64,000 nt of DNA from an uncultured Hormoscilla sp. (GTDB lineage Bacteria; Cyanobacteriota; Cyanobacteriia; Cyanobacteriales; Desertifilaceae): positions 2,656,001 through 2,720,000 of the forward strand of contig OZ001293.3 of assembly GCA_963921275.4 (NCBI GenBank). The letters run 5' to 3'. The notes under the pieces were generated by a model. That model made no database searches. It saw nothing but the letters and a program-made list of their open reading frames with translations, and was not told the DNA's origin. The position numbers and the translations under genes are program-made. Shown here piece by piece: positions 34,556 through 45,529 of the stretch. Positions within the stretch are counted from its first letter, which is position 1, and each line of letters opens with the position of its first letter.

Positions 34556-35005
34556 GTGATACCAGAATTCGATGAAAACGGCAATCTACCGCCACCGAAT
34601 AATTTTTGCGAATGGGAAGAGTTGAAAGAGAGATTTGGTACAACTTTTCCCAGACAGCGCCTGATAGATGGTTTGTCTCGGGCAATGGCGAAATTAAAAG
34701 CCGCAGGCTGTAGAATTATTTATATTAATGGCAGTTTTGTCACCAGTAAAGTAAAACCTAAAGACTACGATGCTTGTTGGGAAGACGATGGGGTTACTCT
34801 AGGATATTTGAAGTCCGTCGATCCTGTTTTATATAATTTCACCAGGGGTCGTACCGAGCAAAAAAATATCTACAGGGGATATTTTCTCAGCATCTTACCC
34901 TGCTGATTAAGCTGGTAATTATTACCTAGATTTTTTCCAATTCAATAGTAGAAAAGATATACGCAAAGGAATCATTGCTATCCATTTACAGAGGTGGGAA
35001 TATGA
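34556..35005 (+). pseudogene. DUF6932-like nucleotidyltransferase-fold toxin, frameshifted
   Basis: IPEFDENGNLP, YINGSFVT.K..P.DYD; FFQ...KGI continues out of frame. Confidence 0.65.
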
Positions 35006-35526
35006 TGATTAAAAATGAGCAAGAATATCAGATCACATTAGATTGGTTGCGGCGGTTTGAACAGACAGTAGCTAAATTGGATAGCGATGAAGTCTTGAAA
35101 ACTGACGACCCAACGCGCTGGCAACTTTATCGAGACGCTTATCAGAGTCAAGTTGACGAGTTCAAATATGAAATTGCTGAATATGAAAGGCTGATCAATT
35201 GTGACCAAAAGCAGGTTTTGCAAATCAAAGTTGAGAATTTCAATAAACTGCCATGGGTTTTAATTAAAGCCATTCTGACTGCCAAGATTAGCCAGGAAGA
35301 ATTAGCGGAGACACTGGGAATTTCCTCACAGCGGGTGAAGGAGTATGAAGATACAGATTATCAATTTGCCAGTTTTGGAGAGATGATTGATGTCAGCATC
35401 GCTTTGGGTGTGGAAGTTGAAAAGGCTGTAATGCAGGTTGATTTTGAGGAAATCGAGGAAGTAGCACGTATCGCAAAAAAATGGCAAGAGAAGAAAAGAA
35501 AGAAGGCTATGGCCGCGCCGCGCTGA
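35002..35526 (+). CDS. XRE-type HTH protein (antitoxin-like)
   Basis: MIKNE.EY..T, LIKA....ISQEELA..LG, YE.TDY..AS. Confidence 0.8.
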   Translation: MMIKNEQEYQITLDWLRRFEQTVAKLDSDEVLKTDDPTRWQLYRDAYQSQVDEFKYEIAEYERLINCDQKQVLQIKVENFNKLPWVLIKAILTAKISQEELAETLGISSQRVKEYEDTDYQFASFGEMIDVSIALGVEVEKAVMQVDFEEIEEVARIAKKWQEKKRKKAMAAPR

Positions 35527-35720
35527 GCGATCGCAAACGAGATATTTAAGTTCTGCAGTTCATCTTAACAGGAGGCAGAGCCTCACCGAGACCGTTCCCT
35601 GCCAGAGACAGGGAACGAGATAATAGTTTTAAACTATATTGTTAGTCGGTTTTAACCGACTTTAGCTATTAGCCGGGGGTTTGAACCCCCGGCGGGCTAA
35701 CAGCGAAGTGAAGGAATTTA

Positions 35721-36716
35721 TTACCCGTGCCGCCTTTGATGCCACTGCCAAGCGTGGGCGATAATTCGCTCTAGGTCTGGGTATTGGGGAGTCCAGTTGA
35801 GGATGGTTCTGGCCCGGGAACTGCTGCCCACCAGAACGGAGGCATCGCCTGCACGCCGATCGCACTCGAAGGCGGGAATTTCTCTACCCGTAACTGTTCT
35901 AGCAGTTTCAATCACTTGCTTGACAGAAAAACCATTACCATTGCCCAGGTTAAAGACTTCACTATCACCCCCATCCAGCAGATATTCCAGACCCAAAACA
36001 TGGGCGCTTGCCAGGTCGGTGACGTGAATGTAGTCCCGCACGCAAGTGCCATCGGGGGTGGAGTAATCTCGGCCAAAAATAGACAGAGATTCCCTTTTGC
36101 CTAAAGCCGTTAGCAAGGCCAGGGGAATGAGGTGGGTTTCGGGCTTGTGGTCTTCCCCCAGCAAACCACTGGGGTCGGCCCCGGCAGCGTTAAAATAACG
36201 GAAACAGACTGACTTGAGACCGTAAGCCCGATCGCAATCTGCGAGAATCCGTTCTACCATAGCTTTACTAGCGGCGTAGGGACTGAGAGGATTGTGGGGA
36301 TGATCTTCGGGAATGGGCAGGATCTGGGGTTCGCCATAAATAGCGCAGGTGGAAGAAAAGACAATCCGTTTCACCCCCGCTGCTACCATAGCTTGCAGCA
36401 GGGTTAAGGTGCCACTAACATTGTTCTGGTAGTACATCCCGGGCTCTTTGACCGACTCGCCCACGGCGATAAAGGCCGCAAAATGCATGACTGCCTGAAT
36501 GTTGTGGGTGGCAAATAACTGGTCTAGCAAGGCCCGATCGCTCGTATCCCCAACAACTAGCTTGACCTGGATCACCTGTTCGACTAAATCTTGATGCCCG
36601 TAGACCAAATTGTCTAAAATGATCGCATCATAGCCAGCGCTCTTCAGCGCTAGCACGGTATGGGAGCCAATATATCCAGCCCCGCCAGTAACGAGAATAG
36701 TGGGTAATTGCGACAA
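35721..36716 (-). CDS. galE: UDP-glucose 4-epimerase
   Basis: TGGAGYIGSH, HFAA, Y..SK, RYFNAAGA, RDYIHV. Confidence 0.97.
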   Translation of the reverse strand: MSQLPTILVTGGAGYIGSHTVLALKSAGYDAIILDNLVYGHQDLVEQVIQVKLVVGDTSDRALLDQLFATHNIQAVMHFAAFIAVGESVKEPGMYYQNNVSGTLTLLQAMVAAGVKRIVFSSTCAIYGEPQILPIPEDHPHNPLSPYAASKAMVERILADCDRAYGLKSVCFRYFNAAGADPSGLLGEDHKPETHLIPLALLTALGKRESLSIFGRDYSTPDGTCVRDYIHVTDLASAHVLGLEYLLDGGDSEVFNLGNGNGFSVKQVIETARTVTGREIPAFECDRRAGDASVLVGSSSRARTILNWTPQYPDLERIIAHAWQWHQRRHG

Positions 36717-37041
36717 GTTAAATCCTCTCTGGTGAAATATTTCAGCTTTTAGATTAACGCCAATTGTGGTAATTCGTCTCTGGACGCGACTGGAAAAATA
36801 GTTACACTTAAAAAGGGATCGACTTGCGCGAAAGAGGCATTGTTGGTGTCATTGGGAGGGGGGATATGGCAGCAGTAAGTCGGTGAGCACAACTGTTAGA
36901 CCCCCGGAAGCAATCTCCTACCCAGCACGTGGAGATTGCTTCGGAGGGTGTTCCTTCAATTATCCCCCCCCCTCGCTCCGGACATATTGGCTGCTGGAGA
37001 TCGCGCAGTTCCTGACAGTTCGCAGTATACTAGCTCAATAG

Positions 37042-38529
37042 ATGCTCGATAGCCTAGATCTAAATCTTTCCCTGGATAAGGAGACCTACTCCGAAGAGAT
37101 AGAAGCGTTGATGCGCCAGCTGCGATCGCTACAACAGCATTGTTGGGAAAAAAAGCTGTCCGCGATCGTAGTGCTAGAAGGTTGGGCCGCTGCTGGTAAA
37201 GGTGCCCTGGTGAAAAAAGTAGTGGGATACATGGATCCTCGTGGGTTTGCAGTCCACCCGATCTGGCCGCCAACTCCCCAAGAACAAAAGTATCCGTTTT
37301 TATGGCGGTTTTGGCAGAAGTTACCTAGGTATGGCAGTATCAGTTTGTTCTATCATAGCTGGTACACCCACGTCCTAGAAGACAGGCTGTTCGATTGGGT
37401 CAAGAGATCGGAAATTCCGACGATAATGCGGCATATTAACTCCTTTGAGCGCCAAATGGCAGATGATGGAGTGGCGATCGCCAAATTCTGGATCCACCTG
37501 AGCAAGAAAGAACTGAAGCAGCGGCTGAAAAAATACGCGGAAGACCCCCTAGATGCTTGGCAAGTGCGATCGGAGGACTGGCAGCAGGTGAAGAATTATG
37601 AAAAGTATACTGCCTTTGCCGAAGAAATGCTGATCCAAACCAGCACTGGCCCGGCCCCCTGGACATTGGTGGAGGGAGACTCTCAGCGTTGGGCGAGGGT
37701 GAAGGTTTTAACTACAATTGCCTCTACCATTAGAGAAGCTTTGGATAAACGCCAGGGGTTTGTCCCCGGGCCAACATTGCCTCCGCAGGAAAAGCTAGAA
37801 CCGACCGAACCGGACTTCTTGGCGAGGGTAGATCTGAACGAGTCTCTGTCATCAGAGGAATACAAAAAGCAGTTAAAGGAAGAACAGGTAGGTCTGCGCC
37901 AGTTGCAGAGGAGTATTTTCCAACATCAGGTGCCAGTGCTGTGCCTATTTGAAGGTTGGGATGCGGCGGGTAAAGGGGGAGCAATCAAACGCTTGACAGA
38001 TAACCTGGACCCCCGCAGTTATCAAGTTACCGCCTTTGCTGCCCCGACAGATGAAGAAAAGGGCCATCACTACCTGTGGCGGTTCTGGCGTAATTTGCCC
38101 ACGGCGGGCAAGATCGGGATTTTTGACCGCACTTGGTATGGACGAGTATTTGTCGAGCGAGTCGAAGGTTTTGCTACGGAAGCTCAGTGGCGTCGGGCCT
38201 ACCGGGAAATTAATGAGTTTGAAGCCCAGCTGACTGATGCGGGTTATGTTTTAGTTAAGTTTTGGCTGCACATTAGCCCCGCCGAGCAACTGAAACGATT
38301 TACCGCACGCCAGCAAGACCCGTTTAAGCAATATAAGTTAACAGAGGAAGATTGGCGGAATCGGGAAAAATGGTCGTTGTATGATGTGGCAGTCAATCAG
38401 GCGATCGGGCGCACGAACACGCCGACGGCACCTTGGACGATAATTCCTGCTAATGACAAGTATTACGCTCGCGTGAAAGTGATTCAGACAGTGAGTGAGG
38501 CAGTTGCAGCCAAACTGAAACGTCACTAA
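37042..38529 (+). CDS. pap: Polyphosphate:AMP phosphotransferase (two-domain PPK2)
   Basis: Two PPK2 domains: EGWAAAGKG and EGWDAAGKGGAI, FDRTWYGRV. Confidence 0.92.
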   Translation: MLDSLDLNLSLDKETYSEEIEALMRQLRSLQQHCWEKKLSAIVVLEGWAAAGKGALVKKVVGYMDPRGFAVHPIWPPTPQEQKYPFLWRFWQKLPRYGSISLFYHSWYTHVLEDRLFDWVKRSEIPTIMRHINSFERQMADDGVAIAKFWIHLSKKELKQRLKKYAEDPLDAWQVRSEDWQQVKNYEKYTAFAEEMLIQTSTGPAPWTLVEGDSQRWARVKVLTTIASTIREALDKRQGFVPGPTLPPQEKLEPTEPDFLARVDLNESLSSEEYKKQLKEEQVGLRQLQRSIFQHQVPVLCLFEGWDAAGKGGAIKRLTDNLDPRSYQVTAFAAPTDEEKGHHYLWRFWRNLPTAGKIGIFDRTWYGRVFVERVEGFATEAQWRRAYREINEFEAQLTDAGYVLVKFWLHISPAEQLKRFTARQQDPFKQYKLTEEDWRNREKWSLYDVAVNQAIGRTNTPTAPWTIIPANDKYYARVKVIQTVSEAVAAKLKRH

Positions 38530-38681
38530 GTCTCTAATGTTCTTTTCTCTGCGCGGTTGGCTGTCTCCCAATGTCCTGTAGCTTCTTGATATAATTGCCA
38601 AAGGAACATCGGGAGCATCTCAATGATTGAAATGCTCCCTGGCGATCTGGATCCAAAATACTGAGTTTAAGAGATAAGAAG

Positions 38682-39464
38682 ATGACACAAACACGAGGTA
38701 ATTCTAGCAGATTAGACCGGATAGAGGCAATATTGGAACGCACTGTGTCTGACCAGGCAGAACTGCGAGGGTCTCTGATCCAGTTAACGAAGCGGGTAGA
38801 TACTCTCACAGATCGGGTAGATACTTTAACCCAACAGGTAACTGTCCTGACCCAGCGGGTAGATACTTTAACAGAACAGGTAACTGTCCTGACCCAGCGG
38901 GTAAATGACCTGACCCAGCGGGTAGATGACCTGACCCAGCGGGTAGATACTTTAACAGAACAAGTAACTGTCCTGACCCAGCGGGTAGATGACCTGACCC
39001 AGCGGGTAGATGACCTGACCCAGCGGGTAGATGACCTGACCCAGCGGGTAGATACTTTAACAGAACAAGTAACTGCCCTGACCCAGCGGGTAGATGACCT
39101 GACCCAGCGGGTAGATGACCTGACCCAGCGGGTAGATACTTTAACAGAACAAGTAACTGCCCTGACCCAGCGGGTAGATACTTTAACAGAACAAGTAACT
39201 GCCCTGACCCAGCGAGTAGATAATATTGTCGGGAAGATGATTCGATTTGAGGAGAAAACAGATAATAGCTTATCTGATTTAAACCAAGGGCAAAAAGAGA
39301 CAGTTGCTCTCATAAGGCAACTTGTTCAGGGACTAGAGCGAATTGAGCAGGGGCAGGCGGAAATGAGGGAAACTCAGGCATCTTTGATAGCAGGGCGAGA
39401 AAGACAGGAGCGGATTTTGGATTACCTGCTGCGGCGCGTCGATGGTGAAAATGCTGACAACTGA
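38682..39464 (+). CDS. Heptad-repeat coiled-coil protein
   Basis: About 21 tandem 21-bp units (LTQRVDD/LTQRVDT/LTEQVTV); RLDRIEA start and QERILDYL end. Confidence 0.8.
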   Translation: MTQTRGNSSRLDRIEAILERTVSDQAELRGSLIQLTKRVDTLTDRVDTLTQQVTVLTQRVDTLTEQVTVLTQRVNDLTQRVDDLTQRVDTLTEQVTVLTQRVDDLTQRVDDLTQRVDDLTQRVDTLTEQVTALTQRVDDLTQRVDDLTQRVDTLTEQVTALTQRVDTLTEQVTALTQRVDNIVGKMIRFEEKTDNSLSDLNQGQKETVALIRQLVQGLERIEQGQAEMRETQASLIAGRERQERILDYLLRRVDGENADN

Positions 39465-39548
39465 ATGCTTGCGTTATCAGTTGCTCCAGACGGTGGTCAC
39501 TGGAGGTTGAGTTGGCGCATTACTCAACCTACTGCGATCGCCCTCGCT

Positions 39549-39962
39549 TCATTTGATTTTAAATACTGGTTGATCAGGGTGTGCCGGATTCGGTATCAAT
39601 CGTTGATTGACACAATCGACTAGCACATCTAACTTCTCCAACAATGTCTGACCAATAAGTACCTCATCACCGACAACCAGTGCATCTTCAAAAGCCTTAC
39701 GATCTTGCCACTCAACTAGCATGGGCTCAGTCACGTTGAGCGATTCTTGCCGCCGATCAGCGTACTCAGCCACCTGTTGCTCTAAAATTTCCAAACCGAG
39801 GTTCTGCATCACATGAACTGGAATGACGAAACGCACCGATCCCGTGTCTACCAGGGCGTCAGCTTCATACACGCGCACCTGTTCAGATGTTAGCTGTCCG
39901 CGACGCGCTAGCATCATATCTAGCGCATTCGTTAACTTGACTTTCGCTCGTACTTCACCCAT
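39549..39962 (-). CDS. Clan AA aspartic protease
   Basis: ALVDTG, EVLIGQ..LE.LD..VD. Confidence 0.88.
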   Translation of the reverse strand: MGEVRAKVKLTNALDMMLARRGQLTSEQVRVYEADALVDTGSVRFVIPVHVMQNLGLEILEQQVAEYADRRQESLNVTEPMLVEWQDRKAFEDALVVGDEVLIGQTLLEKLDVLVDCVNQRLIPNPAHPDQPVFKIK

Positions 39963-40034
39963 AATTTTACCCTCACGCTACTTACTATTATCATAACATT
40001 GAGAGAGCAAATTGTGTTCAAAGAGCACGAAAAA

Positions 40035-40712
40035 ATGTCAGATTGGTTATCGAGATTGCAAGCAAAACGGGCGATCGGGGTGATCCGCACTCCCCAACGA
40101 TCTTTGGGAAAACAGTTGGCCCTCTCGATCGCAGATGGGGGAATGCAACTGATTGAAATTACCTGGAATAGCGATCGCCCGGCTGAGTTAATTGCACAAT
40201 TGCGAACAGAATTACCTGCTTGTTTGATTGGTGCGGGCACTCTGTTAACCCCAGAACACCTGCATGGTGCTATTGCGGCGGGGGCGCAATTCCTGTTTAC
40301 TCCTCACACCAATCCTGCTATAATTGAAATAGCTCTTGCTGCTGGAGTACCGATTATTCCCGGGGCCCTTTCTCCTACGGAAATTGTTACTGCTTGGAAT
40401 GCAGGCGCTACCTGTGTGAAGGTTTTTCCAGTTAAATCTGTGGGCAGTGTTAGCTACATTAAAAGTTTACAAGGCCCATTGGGTCAGATTCCTTTGATCC
40501 CTACCGGAGGTGTTACCCTGGATAATGCTAGGGATTTTATTGCCGCCGGGGCGATCGGGGTCGGACTCGGAGGCAGTCTATTTCCTAAAAATCTCGTAGC
40601 AGCACGAGATTGGCAGGCGATCGCCCAAATAACTCGCACCTTCATGCAAAACTTAACCACTTCGATGTCCGACGGGCGCGCTAAAAGCACTACCCGTCGG
40701 ACATCGATCTAA
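40035..40712 (+). CDS. eda: KDPG/KHG aldolase; C-terminus carries a 46-nt hairpin insert
   Basis: IEITW, GAGT, PGALSPTE, VKVFP, PTGGV. Confidence 0.92.
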   Translation: MSDWLSRLQAKRAIGVIRTPQRSLGKQLALSIADGGMQLIEITWNSDRPAELIAQLRTELPACLIGAGTLLTPEHLHGAIAAGAQFLFTPHTNPAIIEIALAAGVPIIPGALSPTEIVTAWNAGATCVKVFPVKSVGSVSYIKSLQGPLGQIPLIPTGGVTLDNARDFIAAGAIGVGLGGSLFPKNLVAARDWQAIAQITRTFMQNLTTSMSDGRAKSTTRRTSI

Positions 40713-40717
40713 AATCT

Positions 40718-41476
40718 ATGCCCATTCTGGCTATTGGCGACATTCACGGTTGTGCCACTGCTTTGGATACCCTGCTGGCAACTGTTAAACCCCAACCTGT
40801 AGATACGATCGTTACCCTGGGAGACTATGTTGATAGGGGACCGAACTCAAAAGGCGTGCTCGATCGCCTGATATCCTTGCACGAAACTGGCAGGTTGGTA
40901 GCTTTACGCGGCAATCACGAACTGGTGATGCTCGACGCAGTATTCAGCAGCCAAAATGAATCCTATTGGCGGATATACGGTGGCGCCGAAACACTCGATT
41001 CTTACTCTGACTATAGAACTGGTCAACTCACAGACATCCCCGCCGCACATTGGCACTTTATCAAAAATATTTGCCGGGACTACTGGGAAAGCGATCGGCA
41101 TTTTTTCGTTCACGCCAACGCCGATCCTCAGAAACCCTTGCATCAGCAATCAGAACAGATGCTATACTGGGAAAAATTCCGCAACCCAGCACCCCACTTC
41201 TCTGGCAAAACTATGGTCTGCGGACATACTAGCCAAAAAAGTGGTAAACCTGTAAATCTCGGTCATGCCATCTGCATCGATACCAGAATTTATGATAACG
41301 GTTGGTTGACTTGTCTGGACGTGACCAGTGGCAAAGTTTGGCAGGCCAATGAACTAGGTCAGCAGCGAACAGCTAGTATTGATGAATTTAAGTCAGCCCA
41401 AGCGCCGTCAGCCCAAGCGCCGTCAGCCCAAGCGCCGTCAGCCCAAGCGCCGTCAGCCCAAGCGCCGTCACCCTAA
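40718..41476 (+). CDS. Metallophosphoesterase (PPP-type Ser/Thr phosphatase-like) with SAQAP x5 tail
   Basis: GDIHG, GDYVDRG, RGNHE, GHT, IDT. Confidence 0.92.
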   Translation: MPILAIGDIHGCATALDTLLATVKPQPVDTIVTLGDYVDRGPNSKGVLDRLISLHETGRLVALRGNHELVMLDAVFSSQNESYWRIYGGAETLDSYSDYRTGQLTDIPAAHWHFIKNICRDYWESDRHFFVHANADPQKPLHQQSEQMLYWEKFRNPAPHFSGKTMVCGHTSQKSGKPVNLGHAICIDTRIYDNGWLTCLDVTSGKVWQANELGQQRTASIDEFKSAQAPSAQAPSAQAPSAQAPSAQAPSP

Positions 41477-41574
41477 AGGGTGCGGCTACACAAACAAAGC
41501 CCGCCTGCGCGGGCTATAATAACCTCGTTCCCACTGGCGACCCCTGGGAACGGGATGCTAGAGGTTCTGCCTCA

Positions 41575-41707
41575 GGGCGCATCTCACTTTTGCATAAAAG
41601 CACAAATTCTCGGGTTCGTAGTTCGTAGTTCGTAGTTCGTAGTTATTTTACGATAGCGTACTACATAGGCTAAAATTATCATACATCTGCAAATCTGGGA
41701 TGCTCCC
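41575..41707. mobile_element. 133-bp MITE
   Basis: Imperfect TIR GGGCGCATCTCACTTTTGCA / TGCAAATCTGGGATGCTCCC; 8-bp TSD CTGCCTCA; internal GTTCGTA heptamers. Confidence 0.85.
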
Positions 41708-41833
41708 CTGCCTCATGTAATTTGTTGAAGTTTGATAAAGTTATAAAAAAAATCTTAAATCTGCGATATCGCCTTGACAAGGATGCGGGAAAAAAGCTAT
41801 AAATAAGCAAATAGAGTTAACCATCCTGGAAAA

Positions 41834-42828
41834 ATGTCAAAAATTAAATTTCTGTATGCTTTACCGATCGTCCTGGCAGTGACGCCGCTAGTCACCCTCG
41901 ATTTGACCAGTAGTGACAATGGCGGTAGCTTGGTAAGCACGAACCTGGAAGCTTATGCCAAAAGCAGAGGCGGACGCAGCAGAGGCGGTTCCTTCCGCAG
42001 AAGTTCTCCTCCTTCTCGTTCCGGTCCTCGCAGTTCTGGTTCGGGCAGTTCCGGTTCTGATTACTACAGAAATGATGATTCCGATTACTATCCTACAAGT
42101 CCCATCTATAGGCGGAGGAGATATTACAGTTATTCAACTAGATGGGAATTGTTCTGGTTGTATCTGTTTATATTCGTGGCTGGGATCTTGGGATTGATAT
42201 TATTTATATACCTGTTCCAATGGTTCGTAAATCGCCCCAAATCATCTGTACCTAAAGAACTGGCCAATGATATCGTGACAGTGAGTAAGTTGCAAGTGGC
42301 TGGGGAATGCAAAAGAGGTGCAGTCAGAAATCTCGGAACTGATCCGCAATGCAGATTTATCTAGTTCAGAAGGTCTAGCAGAACAGTTACAAGAGGCGAC
42401 CCTGGTATTGCTGCGAAATTCGGCAAGCTGGACTCACGTTTGCGCTAGTTCCCAGAAGGTCAAGGGTAGGGAAAAAGCGGAAATCATCTTCCAGGAATTC
42501 TCGGTTTCCGAACGCAGCAAGTTTAGTTCGGAAACTCTCTCTAATGTTAATGGTCAAATCAGGGAACGGTCCCTCTGTGAGTCCAGAGTCCGATAAAACA
42601 GCTGATTACATTGTTGTCACCTTGTTAGTAGGGACAGAAGATGATAAACCTCTGTTTGCAGAGGTGAATACATTGGCAGAGTTAGAGTCAGCGTTAAAGC
42701 GGATAGCAGCAACTCCCCCAGACTATCTGCTGACCTTTGAACTGCTGCTCAGTCCTCAAGAAGAGTCTGACTACCTTAGCTACGATGAACTCTTGACTGA
42801 GTACCAAGAGATGAGGCTATTGGTTTAG
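41834..42828 (+). pseudogene. DUF1517 family gene with two frameshifts
   Basis: SRGGRSRGGSF, VSKLQV, LLR....W, ERSKF..ETL.N, YIVVTLLV spread over three ORFs. Confidence 0.8.
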
Positions 42829-43221
42829 TTAAAATTGAGATGCATCGGTTGGGTTGAGGCACGAAACCCAACCTACGAACTGCTACCTTACCTACGATGA
42901 ACTCTTGACTGAGTACCAAGAGATGAGGCTATCGGGTAGTGGCTCGGAGGCAAACTGTGGCTGAAATTCTTGCTGCGCCGGTGTAGAGGCAGTTGCAGCG
43001 AGTTGCAGCGGACTGGGATTGTTCGCGATCGCTCCTAGTGGGCGTGATAATTTATCTGCGGACGTGGAGATTAGCCGGTTACAATAAGATATCCAGCCAG
43101 CGATCGCGCGCGCATAGAGGGCTAAATCTCACCGCGATCGCGACTGGACTGTTTTTCACCGGTGCAATATGGATATAAGGGCCACTGTCCATTTCACCCG
43201 CCTCGGTTTCGGTTGAAGGCT

Positions 43222-43343
43222 ATAAGTAGTCGTGCAAAATATTTGATGTTTTCGTCAATAAAGCTATAACCCTTGCTCTGTAATAATTTGAAGCTCTCTG
43301 GAGCAAACTCCGAACTCCGAACTCCGAACTCCGAACTACTTAT
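43222..43343. repeat. Possible MITE with 9-bp inverted ends and ACTCCGA heptamer repeats
   Basis: ATAAGTAGT...ACTACTTAT. Confidence 0.5.
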
Positions 43344-43354
43344 CTCCGTGCCCC

Positions 43355-44629
43355 CTACGATCGTCTACTGAAGTCCTTGATCAGCGCTGGAACAATCCGG
43401 TTACTAGCCAGCCGGGCCCCAAATAAGTTGCGGGCCACCGGCCCCAGTTGCAATGCCGCCGCTCCCCCCATAATGAAAAGATTGCGTCCTGCCCAGCGAA
43501 GCCTCCCATCCAACACGGGTAAGCCATTGACCAGTGGTAAGGGGTTGGTCGCCCGTATATTGGCTAACAGGGGCCAGTGATTCACATCTAGCGTGCTACC
43601 GGTTGCTAGCCAGATGCGGTCGATCCGTTGTTGGGTAATGCAATGATGAACCTCCGGTTGGTTACAAGTCACGTTCCAGACATCCTCCTGCCATGCTGCG
43701 GACTGAACTGAGCACTGTTCGTAAAAAGATAGCTTGCCGTCTCGTCCCCTGCGTCGCAATTGGGTGAAAACGGCGGGGGTTAGGGAACCCCCATTGCGGG
43801 CAGCTTGAATCATCTGCCAGCGGGTTTCCCAATCGGGTTCGGCGTGGAACCCCTTGAGGTATTTGGGGCCGAGCCATCCAGGTTCGGCATCGAATAGTTT
43901 CTCGTAAAAGGTGCGCCGCGCCATCATGATGACCCTTGCGCCCCGAGCGATCGCCCCCAATGCCAGATGTCCGCTGGTCAGCCCACTGCCGACAATCAAA
44001 ATCGTTTCTCCGGTTAACTGTCGAAGACTGCGCAGATCGACCTGATGGGAGTGAAGGAGGCGATCGCTTGGGTAGTTCGAGGGCAAGGTTTGCATCCATG
44101 CGGGAATGTTGGGTTTACCGCCCGCGATCGCTAACACAACACGCTTGGCCGTCAGCACCCGATCATCGGTGAGTCCTAACCGAAATCGCTGCCATCCTTG
44201 CTGATGAAACAGTTCGATTTGCTGTATTTGTGCTGGAATTACCCGCTCCTGCAATCCCCAGCGCCGAATCACCTCTTGGTAAAAGTCATAGAAGAGTTGA
44301 GTTCCGGGTAGGTCGTAGGGAGGAAAGAGTTCCGATGGGCGTGATTCGGCAAAGGTGCGGAGGGCATGGGGATCGGGGTCGGGATGATGCACTACAGGCG
44401 ATCGCAGGTGGGGAATATTGTAGGCGGCAAACTGGTGTTGCCATTGCTGTAGCCAATCCCCAGCGGGATCGAGCACCACAAAGCGGTTGCGCATGGACTC
44501 CTTCTTTTGCAGCAAATGCGTCACCAACGTTAACGCCTGGGGGCCTGCACCAATGATGGCAATATCTACCTTGTCTACCGTTCCATTTGAGGGGGCCGTC
44601 TTCCAATTACACATCACTTTCCAATTCAT
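43355..44629 (-). CDS. FAD/NAD(P)-binding oxidoreductase
   Basis: IIGAGP, HLRSP.VHHPDP, IVGSGLT, LATG, LQLGP.A.N. Confidence 0.88.
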   Translation of the reverse strand: MNWKVMCNWKTAPSNGTVDKVDIAIIGAGPQALTLVTHLLQKKESMRNRFVVLDPAGDWLQQWQHQFAAYNIPHLRSPVVHHPDPDPHALRTFAESRPSELFPPYDLPGTQLFYDFYQEVIRRWGLQERVIPAQIQQIELFHQQGWQRFRLGLTDDRVLTAKRVVLAIAGGKPNIPAWMQTLPSNYPSDRLLHSHQVDLRSLRQLTGETILIVGSGLTSGHLALGAIARGARVIMMARRTFYEKLFDAEPGWLGPKYLKGFHAEPDWETRWQMIQAARNGGSLTPAVFTQLRRRGRDGKLSFYEQCSVQSAAWQEDVWNVTCNQPEVHHCITQQRIDRIWLATGSTLDVNHWPLLANIRATNPLPLVNGLPVLDGRLRWAGRNLFIMGGAAALQLGPVARNLFGARLASNRIVPALIKDFSRRS

Positions 44630-44637
44630 CTATAATA

Positions 44638-44658
44638 TGAGAATGATAATCATTCTCT
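44638..44658. promoter_or_regulatory. Fur-family (likely Zur) box in the divergent promoter
   Basis: Palindrome GAGAATGAT-A-ATCATTCTC, matches TGATAATnATTATCA-type consensus. Confidence 0.75.
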
Positions 44659-44683
44659 TTTTTGTATCTTAAGGCAAGACTGA

Positions 44684-45529
44684 ATGGACTCCATGACGTT
44701 GATTGCGATCGCAGGGCCGCCCGGTAGTGGCAAAACCACCTGGATGAGTCAGTTTCTCTCGAACCAGCATCGTCCTCTGTTTTACTGCTGTCCGGGGATG
44801 GGAGCGGGTTCGGTGGATCGAGCACGGATTGCGTATCGCTTTCCCCGGGTGCATTTGCTTCCCTTTCATCAAACACCGCAGGTCTTCGCCAACCTGCCAG
44901 ACCAGGCTTTGGTCTATCTGGAGCTAGGCTTTCACCTGGATTTGACCGCACCATTACTCGCGTCGCTGCCCTGCCATCGGATCGCCGTCCTGCCATCGGG
45001 TTTGCAAACATCGGAATGGCACGACTGGGCCGACGAGGTGATTTTCGGCAATGACATCACGATGTCTGCTTCCGATAACTTACCAGAGTTATGCTGTACG
45101 CCTTTGACAGGAAGAGTCTTTGACCCACCAAGCCTAGACGAGATTTTGATTGAACTGACGGGCGACGCTTACGGACAGGTGCAGCGAGTCAAGGGTATTT
45201 TTGAACTGCCGGATGGTCGAGCCTTCTACGTTGATTTTGTCGAAGGCTTGCCCGGAATTGAATACACCGAATTGGGTATTCCTCGCTGGCTAGAGGGCCG
45301 TCCCGATCGCTTCAGTGGCATTGAGGTTGTGGGCTGGAACTTGGAAAAGAAAATTATTGCCCAAACCTTACTGGCTGGGTGCTTATCGGATGGCGCGATC
45401 GCCCACTATCAGGAACAGTACAAAGCCCTAATTTCTAGGGTGTGTCATCAATCAAATTGCTTGACAGAAATAGATGGATACGGTATGGAGTCCTTATCCA
45501 GCAATAACAATCAAGAGGGCATGATATGA
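44684..45529 (+). CDS. G3E/COG0523-like P-loop protein with CobW-C-like tail; native C-terminus displaced by IS5
   Basis: [20 protein letters not shown]; native tail SSETNQEESVLI lies at 46310-46347. Confidence 0.75.
   Translation: MDSMTLIAIAGPPGSGKTTWMSQFLSNQHRPLFYCCPGMGAGSVDRARIAYRFPRVHLLPFHQTPQVFANLPDQALVYLELGFHLDLTAPLLASLPCHRIAVLPSGLQTSEWHDWADEVIFGNDITMSASDNLPELCCTPLTGRVFDPPSLDEILIELTGDAYGQVQRVKGIFELPDGRAFYVDFVEGLPGIEYTELGIPRWLEGRPDRFSGIEVVGWNLEKKIIAQTLLAGCLSDGAIAHYQEQYKALISRVCHQSNCLTEIDGYGMESLSSNNNQEGMI

Noticed and set aside
38534..39313. 259-aa minus-strand ORF
   Set aside because: Antisense shadow of the 21-bp repeat gene
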